Positions 39,495 to 49,584 of a stretch of 64,000 nucleotides of DNA are shown here, piece by piece. The position numbers and the translations under genes were made by a program. Under the pieces are notes generated by a model. It was given only the letters and a program-made list of their open reading frames with translations. It did not search any database and had not been told where the DNA came from. The stretch is from the NCBI GenBank assembly GCA_964536485.1, contig CAZHXX010000005.1:42-64041 (forward strand), in the 5' to 3' direction. This stretch comes from an uncultured Candidatus Saccharibacteria bacterium (GTDB lineage: Bacteria > Patescibacteriota > Saccharimonadia > Saccharimonadales > SZUA-47). Every line of letters begins with the position of its first letter. Position 1 is the stretch's first letter.

Positions 39495-41108
39495 GTGGGT
39501 TCTGATGATTCGTATCTGCTGAAAACGCGTATCAAACAGCTTGCTTCAAGTGAGCATGAGGGTAAATGCGTGCTGTACGTGATGAGCAGGGACCAGCGGG
39601 TTAAAGATAACCATGCACTGCTTGCTGCCCAGAAGCATGCTTTGGCAAAAAAACTCCCTCTAGCGGTAGTATTTTGTCTCTATGAGAAAGCAGGCTATAG
39701 AGCAAGGGAGCATTATGAGTTTATGCTTGCGGGGCTGAAAGAGGTCGAAGCAGAACTTGCTATACTAAACATCCCACTCATGATGGTGATTGGTAACCCA
39801 AAAGAAAAATTAAGTGCCGTGTTGCATCATACAGCACCAGATGCAGTTTATTTTGACTTCAACCCCTTGCGCGGGCCGTGTAAGCTTCAGCAGGCAGTCG
39901 CAGACGAGGCAAGCTGCAAGGTATTTGTGGTTGATACGCATAATGTCGTGCCTGCATGGGTCGCAAGCCCAAAGCAAGAAGTCGGTGCATATACTATGCG
40001 CCCAAAACTTCACAAACTTTTGAGTACTTATCTGGTTGAACCAGAGCTCTTACAAAAACACCCCTACAAGTGGCCTGGAGTTATTCAGACGCTCGAGGTG
40101 CTACAGCCCCTTATTAAAGAGATTATCGAGAAGATAGTGCGCAACAATACGCAGATTGTCTGGAGCAGTGGCTCTCAGGCTGCGCTAGAGCACTTAGAAT
40201 CGTTTATTGCGTCAAAACTAGAGAGATACGCAGTTGACCGCAACGACCCCACAGCAGGCTCACAGAGCGATCTATCTCCATATTTGCATTTTGGGCAACT
40301 TTCTTCTTTGCGCGTTGCTCTAAGACTTCGCGAAGAGGCTCATAGAGCGGGCAGTGACCTACATTTTCTCGCAAGCCCGAAAATGCCAAAACCAGAAGAT
40401 GCAGAGACAACCAAGCAGCGTGGCATCGACTCGCTCATAGAAGAAATGATAGTACGCAAAGAGTTGGCAGATAACTTCTGCTACTACAATGAAAATTATG
40501 ACAATATAGAGAGCGCACCGAAGTGGGCGCGTGTTTCACTCGACGCGCACCGTGATGATCCACGCGAACATGTATACACATATGAGGAATTACAAAACGC
40601 GCAGACTCATGACCCCGCATGGAACGCTTCACAAAGACAATTGACTACGACGGGGAAAATGCATGGCTACATGCGTATGTACTGGGCAAAGAAAGTGCTT
40701 GAGTGGTCCCCTAGTCGGGCTGATGTATCTGGTACTCTTGACAGTTTTTTGCCCAAAAATGACATGGACAGTACGAAGCGTACAGCCACACGTTCATTTT
40801 CAGTCAAAGAAACAGCCAATAGCACTCAGCTAATCAGCCCTGCAACTAGCAATCGAAGAAACTTACAACTTGAAAATTTAGCTGGGGCGGAATGGGCCAT
40901 TGAAGTATTGATACGGCTCAACGACCATTATTCAATAGATGGTGGAGACCCAAATGGCTATGCAGGAATCTTATGGTCAGTAGCCGGAGTTCACGACCGC
41001 CCGTGGTTTGAGCGACCCATATTTGGAGTCATCCGCTATATGAACTATGAAGGCTTAAAGCGTAAGTTTGATATTGAAGTATATCAAGCGGCAAAAAAAG
41101 TCGACTAA
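39495..41108 (+). CDS. class II CPD photolyase with a ~55-aa insertion
   Basis: RDQRVKDNHAL, LSPYLHFGQ, RKELADNFC, MHGYMRMYWAKK, DPNGY, HDRPW. Confidence 0.9.
   Translation: MGSDDSYLLKTRIKQLASSEHEGKCVLYVMSRDQRVKDNHALLAAQKHALAKKLPLAVVFCLYEKAGYRAREHYEFMLAGLKEVEAELAILNIPLMMVIGNPKEKLSAVLHHTAPDAVYFDFNPLRGPCKLQQAVADEASCKVFVVDTHNVVPAWVASPKQEVGAYTMRPKLHKLLSTYLVEPELLQKHPYKWPGVIQTLEVLQPLIKEIIEKIVRNNTQIVWSSGSQAALEHLESFIASKLERYAVDRNDPTAGSQSDLSPYLHFGQLSSLRVALRLREEAHRAGSDLHFLASPKMPKPEDAETTKQRGIDSLIEEMIVRKELADNFCYYNENYDNIESAPKWARVSLDAHRDDPREHVYTYEELQNAQTHDPAWNASQRQLTTTGKMHGYMRMYWAKKVLEWSPSRADVSGTLDSFLPKNDMDSTKRTATRSFSVKETANSTQLISPATSNRRNLQLENLAGAEWAIEVLIRLNDHYSIDGGDPNGYAGILWSVAGVHDRPWFERPIFGVIRYMNYEGLKRKFDIEVYQAAKKVD
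40711..40849. repeat. palindromic element inserted in frame in the photolyase
   Basis: ctagtcgggctgat ... atcagccctgcaactag ends; inner aaaatga/tcatttt; central gtacg-aag-cgtac. Confidence 0.55.
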
Positions 41109-41123
41109 GGCACGGCTTAAGAA

Positions 41124-41606
41124 TTAATATAGTGAGCCGTTAGTATTGCAGTTTGGGTAAGTTTTAGAGCCAACGTATGGTTTTTGGTACACGGTTGTGT
41201 ATTTGATGACGCTATTAGTGTTCTTGGGAGTGGTTGGAAACGAAATTCCTCCAATTACCTGTCCCGAACTACTATATATGACAGAAGTTAAGGGCATTGA
41301 ATTCGGTGAGCGGTAGTATCCCGCTACTCGGTAAACAGAACCTCCTAAGGGAATAGCACATCCGTAAACTACGAAATATGATGTAGATGATATCAGTCCC
41401 CAATAATAAGCACTTGCCTCATCCTGTACATAATTCTTCCACACCCCATACCCAATACTAGAAAAAGCTAAGAACCCAGCAAGTCCTAAATAACTTAATT
41501 TCTTCCAATTCTTCTTAAAGTCTAAGTTCTTTAAACTAAACTTCTTTTTCTTGTTAGACTTAACCGCTTTCTTAACACTTGTTGCTTTTGTTTTAGATTT
41601 TGGCAT
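41124..41606 (-). CDS. hypothetical membrane protein with a Lys-rich N-terminus
   Basis: Highly basic N-terminus, TM, Tyr/Ser-rich C-terminal domain. Confidence 0.6.
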   Translation of the reverse strand: MPKSKTKATSVKKAVKSNKKKKFSLKNLDFKKNWKKLSYLGLAGFLAFSSIGYGVWKNYVQDEASAYYWGLISSTSYFVVYGCAIPLGGSVYRVAGYYRSPNSMPLTSVIYSSSGQVIGGISFPTTPKNTNSVIKYTTVYQKPYVGSKTYPNCNTNGSLY

Positions 41607-41678
41607 TAGTTTTTTCCTTAAATCATTTTGCTATTTATGTAACTGTTATGCTTACATAGAAACATGAAGTAATTCAAT

Positions 41679-43172
41679 ATGCAACAATATTTTTACAGAC
41701 ATTTCAAGCGAACGGCAACACTCACTTTTACATTATGCTTAGTTTTTGCCGTCATCACGCCCATAAAAAGTTCTGCTCAAGAGCTAACGGACGAGGCAAC
41801 TGTCCCTGCAATGTGTGGGACCACGCAGAACTACATCGAGTCATACCTCCAGCTTAGTAAAGGCAATTATGTAGTAACGTTTTCCTCTGACAACAGCGGA
41901 AAGTATGAGGTCTATAAAAGTAAGTTAGGCAAAGAATGTGAACGAATCGATGCTAATGATTCCTCTATACAAGTCACCGAAGATAATGTTCCAATTACAC
42001 TCCAGGTATTTTCACCAGACGACGCCATTTATGCAGATAAAAGTACTAGTCTCGTTGTAACAGCAACGGGCGACCCGTTTATCAGTGGATGTAGCGATGT
42101 GAGCGGGTGTGATATTACCTATAACAACGAAAAGGTGAGAGTTATACCACAGAAAACCTCGTTCTACTTTGACTCTCTAGCGGTATATCAATACAAACCA
42201 ATAACAGAAGTAGGCATAAAAAGAGTGAGCTATTCTATCGAAGGGCGAAAAGTATACGAAACCACGGCTCTGTTGCCGTTCAATAAACGCTATGTGCCTG
42301 CTGGCACACATGAAGTGCAGCGAACAGTAGAGTTAGAGAATGGACAACTGCTTGTAGCGAAAGACATGCTAGAAAACGGGGTGCAGGGAGACATTGGGCC
42401 GCTTTTTGTCAGCTGGGTGTATGCAAATTTACGGGTTTTAAGGGTGGCGGGTTGTATCTTTTTGGTCTTCATACTCCTCTTTATTCTTGAAATCATTCGG
42501 GCAAGAAGAAGAGTAAAGCATCTCTGGCTTGCCGAACATATCGCTACCTCCAAAGATGCAAAAGAAGCGCTACGACCAGGCGTTATCTTTAATGAAGACA
42601 TCGACCCTCTAAGAGCAGTTATAGGGCTCATGAAACTTCCGGCACTCGTCTTGCTAGTTGTAGTGAGTGTTTTTGTTGTGACGACAAAATTTGGGTTTAC
42701 CCTAATTAAAACCGACGGGAAGAGTATGAACAACACTATACAAGACCATCAGCAGCTTGCTGTTAATCTATTGCCACGTTCTTTTGCTAGCCTGCAGCGA
42801 GGTGATTTTTTGCCAAGTAGGGGAGATATAGTAATCTTTGAACGAAAGAGCGAATCTGCTGTTGATGGAGGGACAGAAAAAATGTTGCTCGTAAAACGAG
42901 TCATTGGCTTACCGGGAGACGTTGTACACGTAGCACCTCAAAAAGTAACAGTCGATACAATAAAAGGCGAAAAGACTGTATCTTATACAGATACTGATCA
43001 GGCGTGGTACAAAACAGTAAATGTCTCAGAGTTTAACGGACAACTTGATGTCACGTTAGGTCCGGGCGAAGTTTTTGTCATGGGTGACAACCGGGATAAC
43101 TCTATTGATTCGCGCTTTTTTGGACCTATTAAGGCTGAAGATATTGTTGGTGAAGTCTTGCGTCCTTTGTAA
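41679..43172 (+). CDS. signal peptidase I fused to an N-terminal exported domain
   Basis: Catalytic Ser (GKSMNNT) and Lys (LVKRVIG), GDNRDNSIDSR; N-terminal signal plus Cys-containing domain and two TMs. Confidence 0.8.
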   Translation: MQQYFYRHFKRTATLTFTLCLVFAVITPIKSSAQELTDEATVPAMCGTTQNYIESYLQLSKGNYVVTFSSDNSGKYEVYKSKLGKECERIDANDSSIQVTEDNVPITLQVFSPDDAIYADKSTSLVVTATGDPFISGCSDVSGCDITYNNEKVRVIPQKTSFYFDSLAVYQYKPITEVGIKRVSYSIEGRKVYETTALLPFNKRYVPAGTHEVQRTVELENGQLLVAKDMLENGVQGDIGPLFVSWVYANLRVLRVAGCIFLVFILLFILEIIRARRRVKHLWLAEHIATSKDAKEALRPGVIFNEDIDPLRAVIGLMKLPALVLLVVVSVFVVTTKFGFTLIKTDGKSMNNTIQDHQQLAVNLLPRSFASLQRGDFLPSRGDIVIFERKSESAVDGGTEKMLLVKRVIGLPGDVVHVAPQKVTVDTIKGEKTVSYTDTDQAWYKTVNVSEFNGQLDVTLGPGEVFVMGDNRDNSIDSRFFGPIKAEDIVGEVLRPL

Positions 43173-43190
43173 AACTGCTACACTGAACAT

Positions 43191-44645
43191 ATGACTTTTT
43201 ATTTCTACGACCTAGAAACCTCAAGCGGGAGTGCTCGAACTGGGCGTGTTATGCAGTTTGCCGGGCAACGGACCAACGAAAATCTAGAACCAATTGGCGA
43301 GCCAGATAACTTGCTTGTAAAACTGCCAGATGATATTTTGCCTGAACCTGACGCCATTTTGGTGCATGGCATTACACCACAGCAGACTTTGCGCGATGGG
43401 ATAACCGAAGCAGATTTTGCTGAGTTTTTTAATGAGAAAATAGCTCAGCCTAACACGGTGTTTGTTGGCTATAACAATATACGTTTTGACGATGAGTTTA
43501 TGCGTCTTGTCTGTTATCGAACCTTCCATGACCCTTACGAATGGCACTGGAAAGACGGCCGAGGCAGATGGGACTTACTGGACGCAATGCGCATGATGCG
43601 AGCACTCCGACCTGAAGGCTTACGGTGGCCGTTTACCGAAGATGGCAAACCGACGGTCAAACTTGAATTACTTGCTAAGGAGAATGATGTTTTGCATAAA
43701 AATGCGCATGATGCATTGAGTGATGTTCTCGCCCTTATTGAATTAGCAAGACGCTTTAAGTCGTCTCAGCCTCGGTTGTTTAGTTATTTGTTGCTTGCTC
43801 GTGACAAAAAGCAAGTCGCTAAATTATGCGAAGGAGGTGAACCATTTGTCTATACCTCTGGCAAATATGCGAGCGAGTATCATAAGACAACAATCGTACA
43901 GACGCTTTTTCGGCATCCACGCCGTGAAGCGGCTATTGTGTACGATTTACGTTTCGACCCGACAGAATGGTTCAAGAAAACGGCAAAAGAACTTGCAGAG
44001 CACTGGAAAGCTCGTTACGGTGACGATAAAAAGCCTTTGCCAGTGAAAACCATGCAATATAATCGTTGTCCGGCGGTTGCCCCGCTTGCCGTTCTTGACG
44101 AAAAAAGCAGAGAGAGGATTGGCTATAGCAAAGATTTTGAGACGCACCTGCAGACACTTCACGACAATCCTGAGTTCATACAAACTCTCAAGGACGCCCT
44201 TGATATTATCGAAAATGAACAACAAACTCGTCTTGCGCTTGATCAGCCGGTTGACGCCCAGTTGTACGATGAGTTTTGGAATGATAAAGACAAGAGCGAA
44301 ATGCTTGCACTACGCATGAGTGACCCAGCAGAAATTGGCTCTAAGTTAGCAGAGATAAAAAATAAGCGGTTGCGTGAGCTGGCTCCGCTCTACAAAGCAC
44401 GCAACTTTCCTGCTCTGCTTACGCCCGAAGAACATGACGCATGGGAAGCACGACGCTATAAGCTGTTTTATGGCAATGGGCAGACAGGCCAGCTTGCACG
44501 CGTGGGACAACGCCTTGTCGAGATAGCTAAAACGCGCAAATTAAGTGCCAATGACGAATATTTACTCTCAGAACTCCAGCTGTATATAGAAAGTATCTTG
44601 CCTGAAGCACCAGATACGATTTCAAACGTAAATGAACTTAATTAG
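43191..44645 (+). CDS. sbcB: exodeoxyribonuclease I
   Basis: FYDLET, QFAGQRT, GYNNIRFDDE, AHDALSDV, YKARNFP. Confidence 0.92.
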   Translation: MTFYFYDLETSSGSARTGRVMQFAGQRTNENLEPIGEPDNLLVKLPDDILPEPDAILVHGITPQQTLRDGITEADFAEFFNEKIAQPNTVFVGYNNIRFDDEFMRLVCYRTFHDPYEWHWKDGRGRWDLLDAMRMMRALRPEGLRWPFTEDGKPTVKLELLAKENDVLHKNAHDALSDVLALIELARRFKSSQPRLFSYLLLARDKKQVAKLCEGGEPFVYTSGKYASEYHKTTIVQTLFRHPRREAAIVYDLRFDPTEWFKKTAKELAEHWKARYGDDKKPLPVKTMQYNRCPAVAPLAVLDEKSRERIGYSKDFETHLQTLHDNPEFIQTLKDALDIIENEQQTRLALDQPVDAQLYDEFWNDKDKSEMLALRMSDPAEIGSKLAEIKNKRLRELAPLYKARNFPALLTPEEHDAWEARRYKLFYGNGQTGQLARVGQRLVEIAKTRKLSANDEYLLSELQLYIESILPEAPDTISNVNELN

Positions 44646-44836
44646 ATTGATAGCCGACGGAATCTCTCGATATCTGTCATGGTGCGCATAATCTCGCGCT
44701 GAATCGTTTTTTGTCTTTTTACGAGATAGCGCAAGAGTACCATCACAAGCAATATCCCACAGATTGTTTCTATGGTGTCAAAAGTCACTTGAAAATTAGT
44801 CCCTGGAACATAGCCAGAGATTAAAAACTGCCACAC
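44642..44836 (-). CDS. small membrane protein
   Basis: 64 aa, G.VPGTNFQVTF followed by a TM; GTG start after gagg. Confidence 0.5.
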   Translation of the reverse strand: MWQFLISGYVPGTNFQVTFDTIETICGILLVMVLLRYLVKRQKTIQREIMRTMTDIERFRRLSI

Positions 44837-44894
44837 GTTCGTGCCACCTCGCTTACTTGAGACGGATTATACCACAAGTTTGCTAAATATGCAA

Positions 44895-45326
44895 CTATTT
44901 TTTACCGGTTCGCCTGAGCTGCTTGTCCAGCCATGAAAGTCGGTTGCGATTGAGCATAAAGATTGTCGATGCACTGGCCATTGTTCCAATGCTTAGTCCT
45001 TTTAAGAGCCACTGCTCAACAGCAATGTTGAGCCAAAGCCCCCCGGCAAACAACACGATTGCAAAAATATCCCACGCAAGTTTGATGGCCGGTTTGTCAG
45101 GAAAAATGATGCTTTGAAGACTTTCACTATGCTTCTTTACGTAGTGAATTGCATTATCTGCCCAGTCGTGATTGACAGCAAGGAACCCAAAGCCAGCTAG
45201 GATGAGGGGAATACCGCCGGGTCCAGGAAGAGGGCCAAGAAAAGGAACAAGCAACAAACACCCCACGCCTGCTAAATCGGTGAGGATAACCTTGAAGAGC
45301 GAATTATTGTTTTGTTTACGGGCCAT
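44895..45326 (-). CDS. membrane protein (PGPGW-like)
   Basis: LPGPGGIPLILAG..WA; about four TMs. Confidence 0.65.
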   Translation of the reverse strand: MARKQNNNSLFKVILTDLAGVGCLLLVPFLGPLPGPGGIPLILAGFGFLAVNHDWADNAIHYVKKHSESLQSIIFPDKPAIKLAWDIFAIVLFAGGLWLNIAVEQWLLKGLSIGTMASASTIFMLNRNRLSWLDKQLRRTGKK

Positions 45327-45435
45327 ACATAGAGTATAACGTGTAGAGCTTGGCCGCGCTCTATTTCAGGTGCACAAAACATGGTAGTAAATTTCCTATA
45401 CCTGCATGCCAACGGATAGCGTATAATAATAGGTC

Positions 45436-48252
45436 ATGTCGGAGGTAATACGTGTTCAGGGTGCAAGAGAGCACAACCTGAAGAATATCAACATAGAACT
45501 GCCACGTAATTCTTTGGTAGTAATTACGGGTTTAAGCGGTTCCGGAAAGTCTTCGCTTGCGTTTGATACGATTTATGCCGAAGGTCAGAGACGCTATGTA
45601 GAATCATTGAGTGCCTATGCACGTCAGTTTCTTGGGCTTATGGAAAAACCGGATGTTGACCAAATTGACGGTTTGAGCCCAGCTATTTCTATCGACCAAA
45701 AATCTACAAGTAGGAACCCTCGCTCTACGGTTGCGACGGTGACCGAGATATACGACTATCTTCGTTTGCTCTATGCGCGTATTGGAACACCACATGGTCC
45801 TGACGGAAAACCAATTCAGACTATGACAATTCAGGATATTACTGACGGAGTACGTAGTCTGCCAAAAGACCACAGGCTGATGATTCTAGCACCCGTTGTT
45901 ATAGACAAAAAAGGTGAACACGCCCACATCCCAGAGCTCTACTCAAGGCAAGGCTATGCGCGTGCAAGAGTTGACGGGGTTGTTTATTCACTGGATGAAT
46001 TTCCAGAACTAGATAAAAAATATAAACACTCGATCGAAATTATCGTAGATCGTGTCGTCAATAATGATGATCAAGCAGGTCGTATATTCCAAGCGGTAGA
46101 GAACGCTTTGCAACTAGCTGATGGGCAGCTGGCGGTAGTAGATGCGGACGAACAAGACAAAGAACATCGCTTTAGTCAGCGTTACTACAACCCAGCGTAT
46201 CCTGATTTTAATGCGCCAGACATGGAGCCGAGAACATTTAGCTTTAATAGTCCGCACGGAGCATGTCCTGTTTGCACGGGCCTTGGAAATCGACTTGAAG
46301 TTGACCCTGAGCTGGTGTTGCCAAATGGAAAACTTACTATTGCAGAAGGGGCTATTCGTCCCTATAACCGTATGGCGCCAGATGCCTGGAACATGAAAAA
46401 AATGCAGGCAGTTGCAGAACGATATAGGTTTTCTATCCATGTGCCGACGTCAGAGCTTACAGAATCACAGCTTGAAAAGATCATGTACGGAACAGGTACT
46501 GAAACGTATTCAATTTCGCTTGGCTCTGGTCGGTATTTTGACACGACATATGAAGGGGTCATCCCAAACTTAGAACGAAGACATAAGGAAACCGATAGCG
46601 ACTTCATGCGCAGGGAAATTGAGCGTTTTATGGTGGAGAAGCCTTGTCATGCATGTCGTGGTAAACGACTTAAGCCAGAAGTTTTAGCGGTTACTGTTGC
46701 AGATCAATCGATTATGGACTTATGCGAACTTTCTGTTGAAGATGCGGTAGATTTCTTCTCACATATTCAATTTAGTGACAAAGAAATGAATATCGCGCGC
46801 CAGGTGATTAAAGAGATTAACGCGCGTTTGAGTTTTTTGAACGAAGTAGGACTTGGCTATTTGACACTTGCCCGCAGTGCCAATACGCTCTCTGGCGGTG
46901 AAGCGCAACGCATTCGTTTGGCTACCCAAATTGGATCTGGACTCCAGGGCGTGCTCTACGTGCTTGATGAACCGTCTATCGGGCTTCATCAGCGAGATAA
47001 TGACAGACTTATACGGACACTAAAACGCCTTAAGGAGCTTGGAAACACCGTTATTGTGGTGGAGCATGATGAAGATACCATTCGTACGGCAGATTACCTG
47101 GTAGATATTGGTCCTGGTGCTGGCGTGCACGGTGGGCATGTCGTCGCGGCTGGTACCCCAGAAGAAGTCTCAAAGAGCAAAGAAAGTATTACCGGCAAAT
47201 ACCTGCGAGGGGAAGTACAAGTTGCCGTACCAAAGAAGCGTCGAAAGGGAAGTGGAAAATCATTATTTGTCCGAGGTGCGCGTGAAAATAACCTAAGAAA
47301 CATTGATGTAGAAGTACCTCTCGGCAAAATGGTGGTAGTAAGTGGCGTGAGCGGTTCGGGCAAGAGCACACTTATTAATGATATTTTGGCAAAAGAACTG
47401 CATATTCGTTTGAGCCGTGCGCATGAAGCAGTTGGACGTCACGATGATATTGAGGGCATAGAGCATCTCGATAAAGTAATTATTATTGACCAATCTCCTA
47501 TTGGGCGGACTCCTCGAAGTAACCCGGCAACGTATGTAGGGCTGTTTACGCCAATCCGCGAACTGTTTGCAAGTACGCCCGAAGCGAAAATTCGCGGTTA
47601 TAAAGCTGGCAGATTTAGCTTCAACGTTCGTGGTGGACGATGCGAAAACTGTCAGGGTGACGGCATGATTAAGATAGAAATGCATTTCTTGCCCGATGTA
47701 TACGTGCCTTGCGAAGTCTGCAAAGGGCGACGATACAACCGTGAAGCGCTTGAGATTCACTTCAAGGGGAAGACTATTGCAGATATTCTTGAAATGACGG
47801 TTGAGCAAGGCTTTGAGTTTTTTGAGAATATCCCTTCAATTGCTAAGAAACTCGAAACATTGGTACAAGTAGGGCTTGGCTACATGCGTCTTGGCCAGTC
47901 GGCAACAACATTGTCTGGTGGCGAAGCACAGCGCGTAAAACTTGCCACCGAACTATCAAAACGGCCAACAGGGCGTACACTCTATGTGCTTGATGAGCCA
48001 ACAACAGGACTACACATGGATGATGTGCGCCGTCTGATGGATGTATTACATGCTCTCGTAGACACGGGAAATAGCATGGTGATTATTGAGCACAACTTGG
48101 ACGTTATTAAGTCTGCAGACCACATTATCGATATGGGACCAGAAGGCGGTTCGCACGGTGGGCTTGTGGTTGCTAGTGGCACACCAGAAGAAGTTGCAAA
48201 GGTAAAAGAATCTTATACAGGCAAATTCTTGGCACCAATGCTTCTCAAGTAA
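45436..48252 (+). CDS. uvrA: excinuclease ABC subunit A
   Basis: GAREHNLK, two GxSGSGKS motifs, LSGGEAQR twice, zinc fingers. Confidence 0.97.
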   Translation: MSEVIRVQGAREHNLKNINIELPRNSLVVITGLSGSGKSSLAFDTIYAEGQRRYVESLSAYARQFLGLMEKPDVDQIDGLSPAISIDQKSTSRNPRSTVATVTEIYDYLRLLYARIGTPHGPDGKPIQTMTIQDITDGVRSLPKDHRLMILAPVVIDKKGEHAHIPELYSRQGYARARVDGVVYSLDEFPELDKKYKHSIEIIVDRVVNNDDQAGRIFQAVENALQLADGQLAVVDADEQDKEHRFSQRYYNPAYPDFNAPDMEPRTFSFNSPHGACPVCTGLGNRLEVDPELVLPNGKLTIAEGAIRPYNRMAPDAWNMKKMQAVAERYRFSIHVPTSELTESQLEKIMYGTGTETYSISLGSGRYFDTTYEGVIPNLERRHKETDSDFMRREIERFMVEKPCHACRGKRLKPEVLAVTVADQSIMDLCELSVEDAVDFFSHIQFSDKEMNIARQVIKEINARLSFLNEVGLGYLTLARSANTLSGGEAQRIRLATQIGSGLQGVLYVLDEPSIGLHQRDNDRLIRTLKRLKELGNTVIVVEHDEDTIRTADYLVDIGPGAGVHGGHVVAAGTPEEVSKSKESITGKYLRGEVQVAVPKKRRKGSGKSLFVRGARENNLRNIDVEVPLGKMVVVSGVSGSGKSTLINDILAKELHIRLSRAHEAVGRHDDIEGIEHLDKVIIIDQSPIGRTPRSNPATYVGLFTPIRELFASTPEAKIRGYKAGRFSFNVRGGRCENCQGDGMIKIEMHFLPDVYVPCEVCKGRRYNREALEIHFKGKTIADILEMTVEQGFEFFENIPSIAKKLETLVQVGLGYMRLGQSATTLSGGEAQRVKLATELSKRPTGRTLYVLDEPTTGLHMDDVRRLMDVLHALVDTGNSMVIIEHNLDVIKSADHIIDMGPEGGSHGGLVVASGTPEEVAKVKESYTGKFLAPMLLK

Positions 48253-48328
48253 AGCTTTGTGCGCACAACACTTTGATGAGCACGTAATGAGCCTGTTATA
48301 CTAAAGACATAGAAAAGAGGGAAAACCA

Positions 48329-48973
48329 ATGAGTTCAGAGACAATCGCGCTAGAAGCAGAAAAACGTGAAGCCACAGGGAAACAGGTAAAGGCACTTCGT
48401 GCTACGGGCCAAGTGCCGGCTACCATTTATGAAAAGGGAAAAGAATCTCTCAACGTGCAATTGACGTATTTGCCGCTGTTTAAGGCGTGGCACAAGGCTG
48501 GAAAGCACCACCCAATTGAGCTCACGATTGATGGCAAAAAGCACCTAACCATGATTAAAGATGTGTCTTATGACCCGGTAAAAGCTACGTTGACCCATGT
48601 GTCATTCCACGCAATTAAAATGAATGTTGCTGTTGAAGCAGAAGTGCCACTTCATATGACAGGTCAAGCACCGGCGAGTGTTGCTGGACTACTCGTAAGA
48701 CTCAACATCGACAGCGTAGCTGTGAAGGGGTTGCCAAACCAAATCCCAGACGCTATCGAAGTTGATGTCACGGGAATTGCTACAGAAGATGATGACATTC
48801 GCATGAACCAACTCGTTGTCCCTAAAGAGATTGAGCTCTTAGAAACCGACCCAGAAGCGGTCGTGGTGAGCGTGACTGTTCCACGAGCCGAGATTGAGAA
48901 GGAAGCTGAAGAAGAAATTGCAGCTGCTGACGTCCCAAGCGCAAACGGTGGCGACAATTCCACAGAAGCGTAA
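48329..48973 (+). CDS. rplY: 50S ribosomal protein L25 (CTC-type)
   Basis: LRATGQVPATIY, HVSFHA, VPLH..G, IPDAIEVDV. Confidence 0.88.
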   Translation: MSSETIALEAEKREATGKQVKALRATGQVPATIYEKGKESLNVQLTYLPLFKAWHKAGKHHPIELTIDGKKHLTMIKDVSYDPVKATLTHVSFHAIKMNVAVEAEVPLHMTGQAPASVAGLLVRLNIDSVAVKGLPNQIPDAIEVDVTGIATEDDDIRMNQLVVPKEIELLETDPEAVVVSVTVPRAEIEKEAEEEIAAADVPSANGGDNSTEA

Positions 48974-48994
48974 GCGAGCTATAGCATAAGAATA

Positions 48995-49024
48995 TTGACT
49001 TTTTAGAATATATTATGATATAAT
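48995..49024 (+). promoter_or_regulatory. sigma70 promoter of an orphan gene pair
   Basis: TTGACT-18 nt (ending TGa)-TATAAT; ATG 9 nt later. Confidence 0.65.
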
Positions 49025-49033
49025 ATATTTATT

Positions 49034-49267
49034 ATGTCATTACGTTTTCCTGATTTTGCTGAGCCTGCGAATCTTGCTATTCATTGTCAAAATAGGATTA
49101 CATCTCTAGTAAGTGGTGATGAAGACAGAAAACACTTAAAAGTTCTTGCAGAAGAGCGACAAAGACAGTTGAATACTTTGTTTAACTTAACTGGCGAAGT
49201 CCAGTTGAACGAATATGTGACTCCGATCCCGCCTTTCGATTTTACGAATCAGAAAGATGTCGCGTAA
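49034..49267 (+). CDS. small hypothetical protein
   Basis: 77-aa ORF behind a consensus promoter. Confidence 0.5.
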   Translation: MSLRFPDFAEPANLAIHCQNRITSLVSGDEDRKHLKVLAEERQRQLNTLFNLTGEVQLNEYVTPIPPFDFTNQKDVA

Positions 49268-49272
49268 CCGTT

Positions 49273-49584
49273 ATGGCTCGTTATGAATATCGACCGCGTC
49301 CAAGTATTGACCCAAGACCAGATTGTATGCGCGCAGGGTGGAGAACACCTGAAGACATCACTCCTGAAGGAGCGGAAGTAAACCGGGAGGTTATAGGTGG
49401 ACTGGCTTCAAGAGTTCTGAATCATGTTGCAGATGGTCAACTCGATGGAGTATATTCAAAAGATTTTGGTAGAGTCATTTTTGATGCTGATACAACACCT
49501 GAAGGTGAAGCCTTATTTTTAGCACAAACCGTAGGGCAAAACGGTAATACAGTACTTTATTTTGCCGAAAAAAATATTGGTTAA
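49273..49584 (+). CDS. hypothetical protein
   Basis: 103-aa ORF starting 5 nt after the previous gene; stop overlaps the convergent ABC gene. Confidence 0.5.
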   Translation: MARYEYRPRPSIDPRPDCMRAGWRTPEDITPEGAEVNREVIGGLASRVLNHVADGQLDGVYSKDFGRVIFDADTTPEGEALFLAQTVGQNGNTVLYFAEKNIG

